Part shown: piece by piece, positions 1-13,024 of the stretch
Layout of the letters: every line of letters starts with the position of its first letter
Numbering within the stretch: the stretch's first letter is position 1
Assembly: GCA_964016885.1 (NCBI GenBank)
Contig: OZ024740.1
Span: forward strand, 264,430,001-264,494,000
Reading direction: 5' to 3'
Length of the DNA stretch: 64,000 bases
Source of the DNA: Eledone cirrhosa
Lineage: Eukaryota
Position numbers and translations under genes: made by a program
Notes under the pieces: generated by a model
Told to the model about the DNA's origin: nothing
Seen by the model: only the letters and a program-made list of their open reading frames with translations
The model's database searches: none

Positions 1-1049
1 TTTTTAGTGATGCTCCAAAAGAATTTAGTTTGGGTTAAGAAACAATAACAACAGAACATCCTAAGCATGCATGGTGTCCTTCATATACTACTACATATAT
101 AATAGCCTGACACCTATATTTCTAATACTTATTTCCACTTAAGCAGAACACTATATAACATGCATCTATTCAAATTGGTATTTGAGGATTTCCATGGACA
201 ATTTTCATGGCAATTAGTTCTCATGAGGTATCAACATTCTGTGAAAGGGAAATACTATCAGGCACTCATAATTCCTGACAGAAGCCTCCCAGTGTTTTAC
301 CAATAACCCGAGATGGATCTTAATTTCGAACACACAAACCTCGAACATGTACTCAAAACGTCCCTTATGTATTACGCCAATCCACTGCCACTGTATTGAT
401 ATTTTATCGACTCCGAAAGAGGAAAATTGAAGATGATGTTGTCACGATTTGAAACCAGAGCACAGAGAGCCGCAACTAATGCCGATGCATTTTATCCAAC
501 GCTCGATGGACTCTGCTAATATTGAAATCCACACTACCATAGAAACTTTTCATGATTAAATAGAAGTTCCTTCTGAATTCCGAAGAGCACAGAAGTATGT
601 GAATATATCACAATTAGCCTAGCTTTTTGTTGTATCGCGTGGAAATGTTGTCACCGTGTTGAGAAATACGTCTATAAAAATAAAGAAGAAATATAAAAAC
701 TAATAAGTAAGAAAATATAAAAGATGTTGCCTGTGTGTTATTGAAAAGTCAAAGTTGTTAATAATTATGCCGTTTTGGTAGAAGACGGTGGAGTGCTGTT
801 GTTATTGTTGTTTAGCTGCAGCTTCCCCCTAACCGAGAAGATCTATGATGAACGGCTTTCAAACGGTTATATTCGTGTTTTCTTACATCTGCAGAGGAGG
901 ATTATTTAAAAGGAAATTCTTTGCTATTTCTAGCAAGTTAAATGGCTAAATATCGGCTCCCTCCCAGTAAATATTTATTGTTTATAAACGCCGGTAGTGC
1001 ATGAAACATAGAGGGCAGTAGCGTATAGAAATCAGGCTAAACATATGGA

Positions 1050-2080
1050 CATGGAACTGTGATTGTTTGGGTAGAAGTGGGTTTGACCGTGCATATGTAA
1101 GTCCTTATGTAAGTGGGTGCATGCTTGTGTACTTGTGTGTGGTGGGTGAAGAGAGAATGCAAAGTGATAATAAATTAATCAACTTATGATTGCAATGTCT
1201 GGTTACGCCAATCGCAAAAATAATCGTGGCTTCTCCTGGATTTAAATGACAACTGGCACATAGTGCTGGAGAATTACACCGGCAACAAGATGAAATGTGA
1301 TGGACAAGTGGTTTTGAGTAAGATAACTGGGCACCAAAATGTAGGGTATAACATGATTCCCTGTGCTGTGGAGAAACAGGATTGATGGGTGAATTAGCAA
1401 TGTCCTTCTGTTTGAGGAAATGGAAATTTGGGATGATGGCATACCGGAGCGTCAGCGTATTTTGTGATTATTAGACAACAGATATTGTGGAGGCGAAGTA
1501 ATTGCAAGGGAAAATTGCTAAATTAGTTGGAGTAGGATGGCCTGTTAAAAATCTAAATTATCAATGAACATGTATTTTTTTAAAAGATGGATGTTGCTAA
1601 ATGAGAATAATACATAGTATAAGCTTTCTGGCTTTAGACATTTGGAATACGTGTTTCTAAGTTAGATGTTAACAAAGTGAATGGCAGATAGGAGCTAGTA
1701 GTTTTTAATGAAGTCGGATCCAACAAAACTGATGATATGATGACCGTATAGATTTGGGATTAGGGTCGATAAACAGAATAAAGATATTGCAGTTAAAGAA
1801 GCCATTAAAAAGGTTAGCGAATGTTGGGCCCATCGTGTTACACTTTAGTCACCGTATTAACCGTTTGGACATGAGATTGATAATGCGCTCGCTGAAATAA
1901 TGCGATAGTCTATCATAAAGAGGAGGGCGTATATTAGTCTGAAAACGATGCGATGATTGGGAGAATATTTTCGGCAAATATTTGAGATAAAATTCTGATA
2001 TTTTGCGAATGTATAAAATACAGATTAGCAGCATATGGTCCGTTAAAACTTGTAACAACGTATATATACGGACAAGAGTA
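1050..2080 (-). pseudogene. Heavily decayed PLE-like reverse transcriptase fragment
   Basis: Minus strand near 1800-1835 reads MGPTFANLF, resembling the PLE RT motif (MGSPLGPTLANLF). The rest is frameshifted; boundaries approximate. Confidence 0.3.
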
Positions 2081-2907
2081 TTGCATTTTCGATTTTTGAA
2101 CGAAATTATTATGCTGGTGAGAAACTCTGAAGAGAGCTGATCAGCAGGTATTCAGAGAAAAAATCCACTTCAAGCAAGTTTTTCGGTCCTTAACCTATTA
2201 CACTCAAAGTGGGCCCGGCCACATCCAGGTCATGACTCCTGGCTGCCCTTCTGCTGAAATTTAACCGTTTGGATAACGGAAACTTGTGTATTTTAAATGT
2301 ATGAAGATTTTGTTGCAGGAATTAGCTGTTGTTGCATTTTCTTTTCTCTCTCGAGAGAAATATACGGATCTATATTCTTGTAGACCCTAAATATGTCGCC
2401 TCAACTAGTGTATTTCAGAGTGTTTAATATAAGATAAATCTGTGGTAAATAATAACAACAAAAAAAGATACATTATCAATATTATTTGGTATATTAGCAG
2501 CTACAACATTACCAACACTATGCCAGATGGAGATAATAATAAATAATAGCCATCATATTTGTGGTAAGAAAAATAAAACTAATAGTAATAATAATATTAA
2601 CAATAAAAATGAAAAATAACACCAGTGAATATTGAAAAAGTGAAATAAAATATCAGAAATATCTGAAAAAGCGAAAACGAACAAACATTGCCACAGTAGT
2701 TTGCGTATTAGATACATATATAATGGTAAGATGGGGTCATAAATGCCGGAGGAATTGGACGAAAGAAAGTCGAAAACTAGCTATAAGTTAAGCGATGTTC
2801 AAACGGATTTGTCCATCTTCATCGCTGACCAATTAATACCGACATTGACACCTGTGCAGATCACATAGCACACACGCGCACACAGTCACACACATAATAT
2901 ATGTGTA

Positions 2908-2983
<76 letters not shown>

Positions 2984-3260
2984 TGTGTGTGTGTGTGTGT
3001 GTATTCATATATTTCAATGTTTATGAATGTTGCAAACCATATATAAGAGAAAGTAACTGCATGCGTAGATAACTTCAATTATATACTTACATATATGGTT
3101 TACTAACCTATCATTGGGTTATAAATTTATAGTAATACAAATGAATGTAAACCCACCATTGCGTTTCAATGAATACCTACAAATATGTTGCATGGAATAA
3201 TCTATGAATGGCAAATATATAAATCAATATGTACATGAGTATACTAACTGAATATACTGA

Positions 3261-3356
<96 letters not shown>

Positions 3357-3404
3357 TACATAAAATGAATAAATAAATAATGAAGGTTTAATACGTTATG
3401 TAGT

Positions 3405-3478
3405 TGATTTAAACATTTTTCATTCAAATACAGAAGGAGATAGTATTATATTCCTCTGCATGGAGTTCATCAGAATCA
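3405..3478 (-). ncRNA. Type I hammerhead ribozyme with long helix II
   Basis: Minus strand: UGAUU-CUGAUGA-[~46 nt imperfect hairpin]-GAAA-AAUGUU-UA-AAUCA; helix I UGAUU/AAUCA. Confidence 0.6.
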
Positions 3479-3489
3479 TTAGATAATAT

Positions 3490-3865
3490 ATACATTTCTA
3501 TTTATTTGCCACCAGGGCATCAAAGATTGGGACAAATACAAAGGGGGGAGTTTACATACATTTAAAAAGACGTGTAAAATACATATAACAAATTAAATTT
3601 AACAATCGATGTCCTCAATAGGGAGGGACGTTGACATGGGTCGCACACACCCCCGAAAAAATGTGCAACCCTTCTCTTCAAGAGCACAAAGAGCGGGTGC
3701 TTCCTTCCTCTTCTCATTCTTCTCTCTCACCTACAGGCTGATATAGAGAGAAGGCCCATTCACTCGGGTCATTCTCGCTACTTTCACCCACCTTTCATAA
3801 AACTTGCTGGGGCAGAGCACCTCTCTCTCCATTCTGATCCTTCTTCTAAAGTGGTACTTGAAAAA
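3490..3865 (-). mobile_element. Tx1/L1-like LINE 3' end relic
   Basis: Minus strand translates FKYHFRRRIRMEREVLCPSKFYERWVKVARMTRVNG; a homologous stretch lies at ~4560-4680. Confidence 0.5.
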
Positions 3866-4185
3866 TAATATATAAAAATAATCTATAAAAATAATATATA
3901 AAAAGATATTTATTTACCAACCGCATGTCGAATGTCTCCATACAAAAAAAAATTGAAAAAACGTAAACAAGCTTTACATATAGCCGGGAAAACGTTAAAA
4001 ATTATGGAACACTAGACGTACAAAGTAAAAATTATTAGTAATAGTCGTTAGTGTGACTTTATATTTAATACTCGTATTTTGACTCCAATAATCATTTTAG
4101 AAGTGAAATTAGGGCTTATCCATTTAATAACAGTTATTAATTAATTCTAATTACAATACATGTTAAGAAAACACAATATAAACAT

Positions 4186-4279
<94 letters not shown>

Positions 4280-4429
4280 CGTTTGTGTGTGTATCTAATT
4301 GATTATGACGGACCTGAGAATTAATGCTCATTACTGAAGTCGATTTAAATATCCTCTATTACGTGATGTCTTGTTACTCTAGAGTTTACATATGTGTACA
4401 CGCAGAATCTCAGAATCATAGACTATCAG

Positions 4430-5490
4430 ACATAGTATGTGTGTGTGCTTGTATGTATGTGCGACTCAGACACCCCACCAATCGTGAACCATCCGACGTT
4501 TCGATAGCACCGGGTAAGGGCACCCCTCTCCTCCTCCAATTCACCAACCTACACGCGCATGATCAGAGTAGGCCCATACATACGGCCATTCTCGCCACAT
4601 TCACCCACCTTTTAGCAAATGTACTGTGGGGCAGCACTTCTCTCTTCAACCACACCTTCCTTTCCTAACGGCCACTTCAATTGCATGGTTTAATGCTTGG
4701 TCCATGCGGGTTTATCGATTTTACCACATGGCATAGCACGTGATGCACGGATGTTTAGTATAAAGGGCGCATTTTATAAGACATCAGTTGTACCAGAAAT
4801 AGCTTAATTGATGAAAAAGAGTCAAAGCGGATCTATTGAAAAAGTCCCAGCCAAAGGTTAGCAAAAATAACACCGGGTGTTACTGGTTAATTGTTTTCAC
4901 CAAAGAAGTAGGGCATAAACTACAACCGATGTTTCCGCTCCATGTGCGCAACTCACAATCATATTTGATTTTTTATTCATACGTGTTACTACACTTCTGA
5001 AGTCTAATTTTTCCAATCCCATGCAGCGATGGGCTCCACTGCTAGTCCTCTATAAAACTCGAGAGTGGAATTTCCACTGACCGCATTGCCCGCCTGGTAG
5101 AGAGTAGTGAGTGCCTGGCAACATTAGAGATGCCAGACACCCAGTCTCGGTCTCTTCTTGAGCAAGGACTTCAGCTCTGTCGACGAGATGAGCTGCAGAA
5201 AGGCCCGTCTCAAAAACGGCAACCACACCACTGCACCGCGTTGGCAGAATATGTGGAGATGCAGCACACTCAGTTCATGCTCTGTCCTACGTGGTTAAGA
5301 GACCACCCCCACAACCGGAACCTGTCCCAACCACCAAATGCTGAAGAGGAGCTGCTCCAATTAAGCGAGGTGCAAAAGGGGGCAAGGCACGGCAGTCGGG
5401 TGTTAATCGGTGAAGGACACAATGTACGCGTTCGGCAAGTCCACTCGTCATTTCAGGGGCAGCTTCCTCACGGCCTCAGTACAGCATATT
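4430..5490 (-). mobile_element. Second Tx1/L1-like LINE 3' relic, probably interrupted by a Helitron fragment
   Basis: RKVWLKREVLPHSTFAKRWVNVARM on minus strand at ~4580-4665, similar to 3750-3860. A decayed Cys-containing stretch lies at 5200-5480. Confidence 0.4.
4690..5045 (+). mobile_element. Helitron 3' end (non-autonomous fragment)
   Basis: CCCAT-gcagcg-ATGGG hairpin followed ~8 nt later by CTAG|T. The 5' end is not resolved. Confidence 0.5.
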
Positions 5491-5544
5491 TCTTCCAGTA
5501 AAAGATAGAAAGTAAGAAAGAGGAAATGAGAAAGAGATATAGGG

Positions 5545-5710
5545 GAAGAATCCCCCCAAGTACCAGACTGGTAATATTTTTATCGACCTCTAAAGGAGGA
5601 GAGGCAAAGTTGATCTCGGCGAGATTTGAACTCAGAGAGTAGTGAGCTACAAAGAATGCCATAAAGCATTCTATCCAACGTTCTAACGAAAGTGCCAATT
5701 CGCCTTTCTT
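5545..5710 (-). mobile_element. tRNA-derived SINE (Meta-domain-like core)
   Basis: Reverse complement has B-box GAGTTCAAATC followed by the TTTGCCT...GTCGATAAAA...TACCAG core shared with other copies. A further decayed copy lies at ~400-520. Confidence 0.7.
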
Positions 5711-6781
5711 CCTAACTCGCCTATTACCATATGTAAGCCTGCCCGTAATCTCCGCGACCGCCTGGTACGCAGTTCCTTCTCGACCTCTCCTACGACTCCA
5801 CCCGGCTGTCATCCTTGTTCTCGTCCCCGCTGTAACACTTGTTCTTTCATTTACAACTTCACCACTCTCACAGACCCCAATGCTTCATTCCGTATCTACC
5901 ATTGCTTCACCTCAACCTAAACCCACGTTGTCTATGCTGTACCTTGTTCCCTTCGCGGGTCCTTATACATCGGACAAACGGGACGCCGTTCAGCGGAGCA
6001 TTTTGCTTAATAACTGAGGGATATACGACATACTCCCGTCGCCCGTCATTTCACTTCCCCAGGTCATTCTTCCTTACATGTCTTAGACCTGGGTGTCCTT
6101 TTACATCACGGATCACAGGTCCCACGCAGCGGGACTGAACAGTCTGATTTACCGGGTCCCGTTCCCCTCATGGGTTAAAATCCCCTCCTCAATTTCTGTA
6201 ATACTCCGTCTGTTATCACATACGCATTTGTACATTCACCCCTAGATTCTTATGGCTCTCTCATGGTCAGAAACATATACTCTTACAGCTAATGCAGACC
6301 AGCACACTACGCACACTCCACTTTTCCCATCACAGCTCTGTATACACATGCATACACCCTCATATTAACATACTTTGGCTCATAGCTTCATCGTGATAAT
6401 CACACACACACTCTTTTACTTACATATACAAACACATATCCCCTTAGCTTCGTACGGACGTATAACAAGACACACACACATATGCACGCGCAGAAATATC
6501 GCTCTTTTCTACAAAAGGTTTTTTTTTCTATTTCAGAAGACGCGCTCCGTCATCCACAGTTTTCCAAGAGATGGCAACATGAATGGACCTGTTATTTTTC
6601 TCTAAAAATGTTTTTTTAATTACACCCCTCCCGTCCTTTCAATCTTTCTAATATATTTTCTTTCTTCTGATGAATGACTAGCGTCCTAAACGTTGAGACC
6701 CTATTCCCAGTATTTGAAGCGCTGACCGAATATATCCCTACCATAGACTGTACCGATTGAGTTGTTATTTGTTTACCTTTT

Positions 6782-6879
<98 letters not shown>

Positions 6880-6901
6880 GTGTGTGTATGTATATATATA
6901 T

Positions 6902-7230
6902 ATGGTATCCAATGATGTTGACTTGTTCTTCTTTTTGGTAAATATCATCTTGGTTAAGAGAGTGGGACTGGCTTTGTGCAGTGCCTTTGCTCACTAAAAA
7001 AGCTTCACGACACAGGCATTGCTTTATATCTGGAGATCTCTCTGCACTTGTCATCACATGGTACCATGGGCCCAGCACTATGTGTCAATATTTGTCACAA
7101 GTGTAGTGTTTGTACCAGAGTTTTCAAGTCGCTGGCTGGACTAAAAAGTCACACTCGTTCAGCGCATCGTTAGGGGTTCTCCTACATGGATATAAAGTAG
7201 TGGCCGTACTTGAAAACGAGTTGGCAGCCA

Positions 7231-7233
<3 letters not shown>
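6902..7233 (+). mobile_element. RTE-LINE-derived non-autonomous element (3' zinc-finger tail)
   Basis: Encodes [22 protein letters not shown] (C2H2 motif typical of RTE ORF ends) and ends at (TA)n. A closely similar copy lies at 59461-59798. Confidence 0.6.
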
Positions 7234-7287
<54 letters not shown>

Positions 7288-7348
7288 TATACATATGTTA
7301 TATATACATACATGCATACATATATATATATACGTATATATATATATA

Positions 7349-7414
<66 letters not shown>

Positions 7415-7564
7415 TAAACGGAATAGAAAATGCTGACAAATTGTTCACAGTTGAAAAATGGTTTAATTAGGAATAAAAGAGTATTAGTGATTTTATGGGT
7501 TAGTATTTTCTATTCCGTTTACCAATATATAATAACTTGTGTGTTACACCTCTATTCTTTTAAC

Positions 7565-7705
<141 letters not shown>

Positions 7706-7734
7706 ATATAAATATATATATAAAATATGTATAT

Positions 7735-8341
<607 letters not shown>

Positions 8342-8471
8342 TGTGAATGTATATATACTGTATTTTGCAATACACTGTATGCTTAATTAAAAGCAGTTTG
8401 AAGACCATACGCTATTGTTTTAAAGAAGCGACATTGTCGTTACTTAAATTTTCGGCAGACAGGGGGAAATA

Positions 8472-8514
8472 AGTTGACAGCGCTGTTTCGTACTATTTGG
8501 TACTTATCAAAACT
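8472..8514 (-). ncRNA. Type I hammerhead ribozyme, U3:A8 core variant
   Basis: AGUU-UUGAUAA-GUAC-caaaua-GUAC-GAAA-CAGCGCUG-UC-AACU; helix I extends over 8440-8548. Confidence 0.85.
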
Positions 8515-8833
8515 AACTACTCTCCCTGTCTGCCGAAAATTTAAGTAATTTAAACTTATCTGCCCCTGTCTGCCGAAAATTTAATTAAGCGACAATGTCA
8601 CTACTTTAAAATAATAGCGAATGGTCTTCAAAATGCTTTTAATTAAGCATACAGTGTATTGCAAAATACACTATATATACATTTATACATATATATATCG
8701 CTATTTCAGAGCACCAATTCTAATTTCAATTCCTGCTGGGTCGGCGACCGCTCTGTATAATCAGTTTTTGATTGTTAATGGAATTCTATAAGAATCCAAC
8801 ACACATAATTTTCGGCAGACGGGGAGAGTAGTG

Positions 8834-8876
8834 AATTTTGATAAGTACCAACCAGTACGAAACAGCGCTGTCAACT
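8834..8876 (+). ncRNA. Type I hammerhead ribozyme, U3:A8 core variant (second copy)
   Basis: AAUU-UUGAUAA-GUAC-caacca-GUAC-GAAA-CAGCGCUG-UC-AACU; predicted cleavage after 8872. Confidence 0.8.
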
Positions 8877-9045
8877 TATCTCCCCCTCTCTGCGGAAAAT
8901 TTAAGTAAGCGACAATATCGGTAGTTTAAATAATAATGTATGGTCCTCAAAATGCTTATAATTAAGCATACATTGTATTGCTAAATACACTATATATACA
9001 TTCATATATAAATATCGCTATTTCAGAGCATCAATTCTAATTTAT

Positions 9046-9468
<423 letters not shown>

Positions 9469-9492
<24 letters not shown>

Positions 9493-10378
9493 AAACTGTG
9501 GTTGTCTGTCTGTCTATCGATTTTTGGCACACATCTCCTCTTAGAATCTCTCACGGAATTGCACCGAAATTGCTATACTTGTACATTGAGCCCTAGCGAA
9601 GGCATCGGAAAAAAAAATTTCAAATTGACCCACCCTATGTGACGAAATCTAATATAATGTATCGATTTTTGAGCGTAAGTTATCAGTTATTTCCCTTTGT
9701 TCTGTTTACATTGAGCGTCTTACGTAAAAAATTACGCTGGCTTTCTCAGCGTTTAAAATGACATTAACACAATACACGAACACTAAGCTTCCGTTTTGCT
9801 TCATTTCCATTTAAAAGCATTTTAAAACAATATTTTTACTTGAAAACAAGTCTATTTAAAGACTACGTAAAACAAGCAAATATTTCGTCGTTAGGCGTGC
9901 AGACAGACAGTCGTGAAGACAGACAGTCATGCAGAGAGGTGATATAGGCGTGCAGACAGACAGTCGTGCAGAGAGGTGATATAGGCGTGCAGACAGACAG
10001 TCGTGCAGAGAGGTGATATAGGCGTGCAGACATGCAGTCGTGCAGAGAGGTGATATAGGCGTGCAGACAGACATAACTGATAATTTGGTTACGCTAATGT
10101 TTTTCTCTGCGTTGCAGTGTTTACATTTTCGATCTTTGTTAATAAATAACCAGTGCAGTTTCTATCCCCAGCATCCTCTTTTGTTATACCATTCGGGTTA
10201 TCGTTATGTTTTCTTAACTTCATAAGGCATATTGTTGGTTGTGGGAATATTAATCAAAAACACCACATGCAAGTCTGCACAGTAGACACTACAGTTTTTA
10301 AGCCAAGAAAGAAACTTAACATTGTAACTTTAACACAGCTACTGAGCGACCCCGAGCAACGCCGAGCTTTACTGCTAG
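9469..10378 (+). mobile_element. Non-autonomous Helitron with internal 37-bp minisatellite
   Basis: 5' TC(TA)nAAAACT, 3' CCCGAGCAACGCCGAG hairpin plus CTAG|T. A near-identical inverted copy lies at 60499-61450. Confidence 0.85.
9893..10072 (+). repeat. 37-bp minisatellite GCAGAGAGGTGATATAGGCGTGCAGACAGACAGTCGT
   Basis: Units start at 9931, 9968, 10005 and 10042. Confidence 0.95.
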
Positions 10379-10515
10379 TATATAATAAAGTTTATATATA
10401 ATAATGTTTTCCTGTGTGCAAAAAATGCATATAGCGACACATGTATTCTCCAACCGTATGCCAATATGGTTCTATGGCAGGTTAATAAATTAACGAGCTA
10501 GAACATATATAATCC

Positions 10516-10572
<57 letters not shown>

Positions 10573-10855
10573 GTATATATAACACGCACACAGGGACATG
10601 CGCGCCTGCTTGTGTGTGAAATGTTTAACATAGAAAATATATTTTTGATATTAAGAATTCAAAAATGCCATCTGTTTACGTTGGCGAGATATTTTTCGTA
10701 TTTTCATTTAGAATTCTTTTCTCTGTCACTATATATCTTTAAAACTGGTAATAATTCTTCATTATGTACTGACCCCGGGGTAAGAGTTGTAGCCAGAATA
10801 ACATAAACTATTAATTATTGCTCGTTTACGACGCAAAACTAGTTGTAAGACAAAC

Positions 10856-10925
<70 letters not shown>

Positions 10926-11076
10926 ATACTTTGGGAGGGTCATGTTGCCAATAAGAAACACACGCACCAGTTGCTTTCACTTCAATTTAATTTAATATAT
11001 ATTTATAAATTTACAAATTTATAAATTTCTGGTTGGTTGGTTGGTTCCACAACCAGATAGTTGTTTATATATATAT

Positions 11077-11121
11077 AGTCATAGTTCTTTCGTCACACAC
11101 TCTGTGACCTCTTCAGTGACT
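11077..11121 (-). ncRNA. Minimal type I hammerhead in PLE-A pLTR
   Basis: Mirror of 12748-12792. Confidence 0.75.
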
Positions 11122-11410
11122 GGGGATTTCTTTCTTCGTTTCTGTGCCTTTCCTTTCTTCTATCCTACGCCATTTTGTTTGTGTGTGGGTTGCGTGCTCA
11201 GTTTCCGCATGCGCCACATCCGGGTGTCTGTGTGTGTTTGTGTTCATTTTTCTATTTATATTTGTTTGTTTATTTATTTATTTATTGTTGGTTGGTTGTT
11301 TGTTCTATGTGTGTGTGTGTTTTCATTTTGTCTTGTGTGTGTTTTCATTTTGTGTGTGTTTTCAATTGTAAGTTGTTTGTTCTATGTGTGTGTGTGTTTT
11401 CATTTTGTCC

Positions 11411-11929
11411 TTAATTGTAAGTTGTGATGTTGCTGTTCCACTCATATTTTCTATTTAATTTTGGTTTTAATTCTTTTATGCTTACTGCCTCTGTAATTTG
11501 CCTAAACATTGCGTCTTTCTTGTGTGTGGATTCTATTTTTATTTCTATGCTCTCTAATTTACCCCTGTGTTCTATCTTAGCATGTTGGTAGAGCACAGAT
11601 GATTCTTTACTATCTTGGAGGTCTCGCCAGTGTTCATTTATTCGTTCCCCTATACTACGAGCTGTCTCACCTATGTACACTATATTTTTGTTTCTACATT
11701 GTCCTTCAGTACATCTTATGCTATATACTACATTTCTAGTTTTACAGTTAATATGGGGGCTTATTTTACAGGTTATACATTTCTTATCTATACATGAGGG
11801 TCTTTGGAACGGGTATGTCTTGCTAATAAGTGTTTTTACGGAGGTACCAGGTCTTTCTACTATCTTAATATTGAGATTATGTTTCTTTAGGGCCCTTCTA
11901 AATTTGTAGGCTAGTTCGCCTCTAGGGGT
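11411..11929 (-). pseudogene. PLE family A, 5'-truncated: Zn-knuckle linker plus GIY-YIG endonuclease (left arm)
   Basis: CIDKKCITC...CKTRNVVYSIRC...YIGETARSIGERINEH...EAVSI...LNRK are PLE GIY-YIG motifs. Confidence 0.9.
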
Positions 11930-11939
11930 AATCAATACA

Positions 11940-12458
11940 ACCCCTAGAGGCGAACTAGCCTACAAATTTAGAAGGGCCCTAAAGAAACATAATCTCAATA
12001 TTAAGATAGTAGAAAGACCTGGTACCTCCGTAAAAACACTTATTAGCAAGACATACCCGTTCCAAAGACCCTCATGTATAGATAAGAAATGTATAACCTG
12101 TAAAATAAGCCCCCATATTAACTGTAAAACTAGAAATGTAGTATATAGCATAAGATGTACTGAAGGACAATGTAGAAACAAAAATATAGTGTACATAGGT
12201 GAGACAGCTCGTAGTATAGGGGAACGAATAAATGAACACTGGCGAGACCTCCAAGATAGTAAAGAATCATCTGTGCTCTACCAACATGCTAAGATAGAAC
12301 ACAGGGGTAAATTAGAGAGCATAGAAATAAAAATAGAATCCACACACAAGAAAGACGCAATGTTTAGGCAAATTACAGAGGCAGTAAGCATAAAAGAATT
12401 AAAACCAAAATTAAATAGAAAATATGAGTGGAACAGCAACATCACAACTTACAATTAA
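11940..12458 (+). pseudogene. PLE family A GIY-YIG endonuclease (right arm)
   Basis: Mirror of 11411-11929; followed by the 3' UTR/pLTR to 13005 and (TA)n. Confidence 0.9.
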
Positions 12459-12747
12459 GGACAAAATGAAAACACACACACACATAGAACAAACAACTTA
12501 CAATTGAAAACACACACAAAATGAAAACACACACAAGACAAAATGAAAACACACACACACATAGAACAAACAACCAACCAACAATAAATAAATAAATAAA
12601 CAAACAAATATAAATAGAAAAATGAACACAAACACACACAGACACCCGGATGTGGCGCATGCGCAAACTGAGCACGCAACCCACACACAAACAAAATGGC
12701 GTAGGATAGAAGAAAGGAAAGGCACAGAAACGAAGAAAGAAATCCCC

Positions 12748-12792
12748 AGTCACTGAAGAGGTCACAGAGTGTGTGACGAAAGAACTATGACT
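12748..12792 (+). ncRNA. Minimal type I hammerhead in PLE-A pLTR
   Basis: AGUCA-CUGAAGA-g-GUCACA-gagug-UGUGAC-GAAA-GAAC-UA-UGACU; very short helix III. Confidence 0.75.
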
Positions 12793-13024
12793 ATATATAT
12801 ATAAACAACTATCTGGTTGTGGAACCAACCAACCAACCAGAAATTTATAAATTTGTAAATTTATAAATATATATTAAATTAAATTGAAGTGAAAGCAACT
12901 GGTGCGTGTGTTTCTTATTGGCAACATGACCCTCCCAAAGTATAACAATATCGGTTTCAACACACGATTTCAGATAAAGAATCTTGCTAAACAAATTCAG
13001 AAACGATATATATATATATATATA

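Larger units (their letters stand above)
8345..9043 (+). mobile_element. Non-coding retrozyme-like element: ~1.5 tandem 320-bp units plus an inverted partial copy
   Basis: 8553-8725 is repeated at 8873-9043; 8345-8548 is an inverted copy. No ORF; flanked by microsatellites; carries hammerheads. Confidence 0.7.
10918..12951. repeat. 2-kb palindrome: 1012-bp arms (10918-11929 / 11940-12951), 10-nt spacer
   Basis: Mirror coordinates sum to 23869 throughout and the ORF track is mirrored. Only one mismatch was noticed (TTTCCGC vs TTTGCGC). Confidence 0.97.

Noticed and set aside
2140-2260. LINE C-terminal KWAGHI motif
   Set aside because: Too short and frameshifted to annotate confidently.
6665-6700. 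Hammerhead-like CTGATGA...AAACGTT (also ~49645-49688)
   Set aside because: GAAA is lost and helix II is disrupted; probably dead relics, too decayed to call.
6976-7173. Host C2H2 zinc-finger gene exon (also 59461-59739 and ~43080-43145)
   Set aside because: A single finger lying in a repeated RTE-like 3' end.
9893-10072. CRISPR-like 37-bp repeats (also 60805-61020)
   Set aside because: Head-to-tail units without unique spacers, inside a Helitron, in a eukaryotic context.
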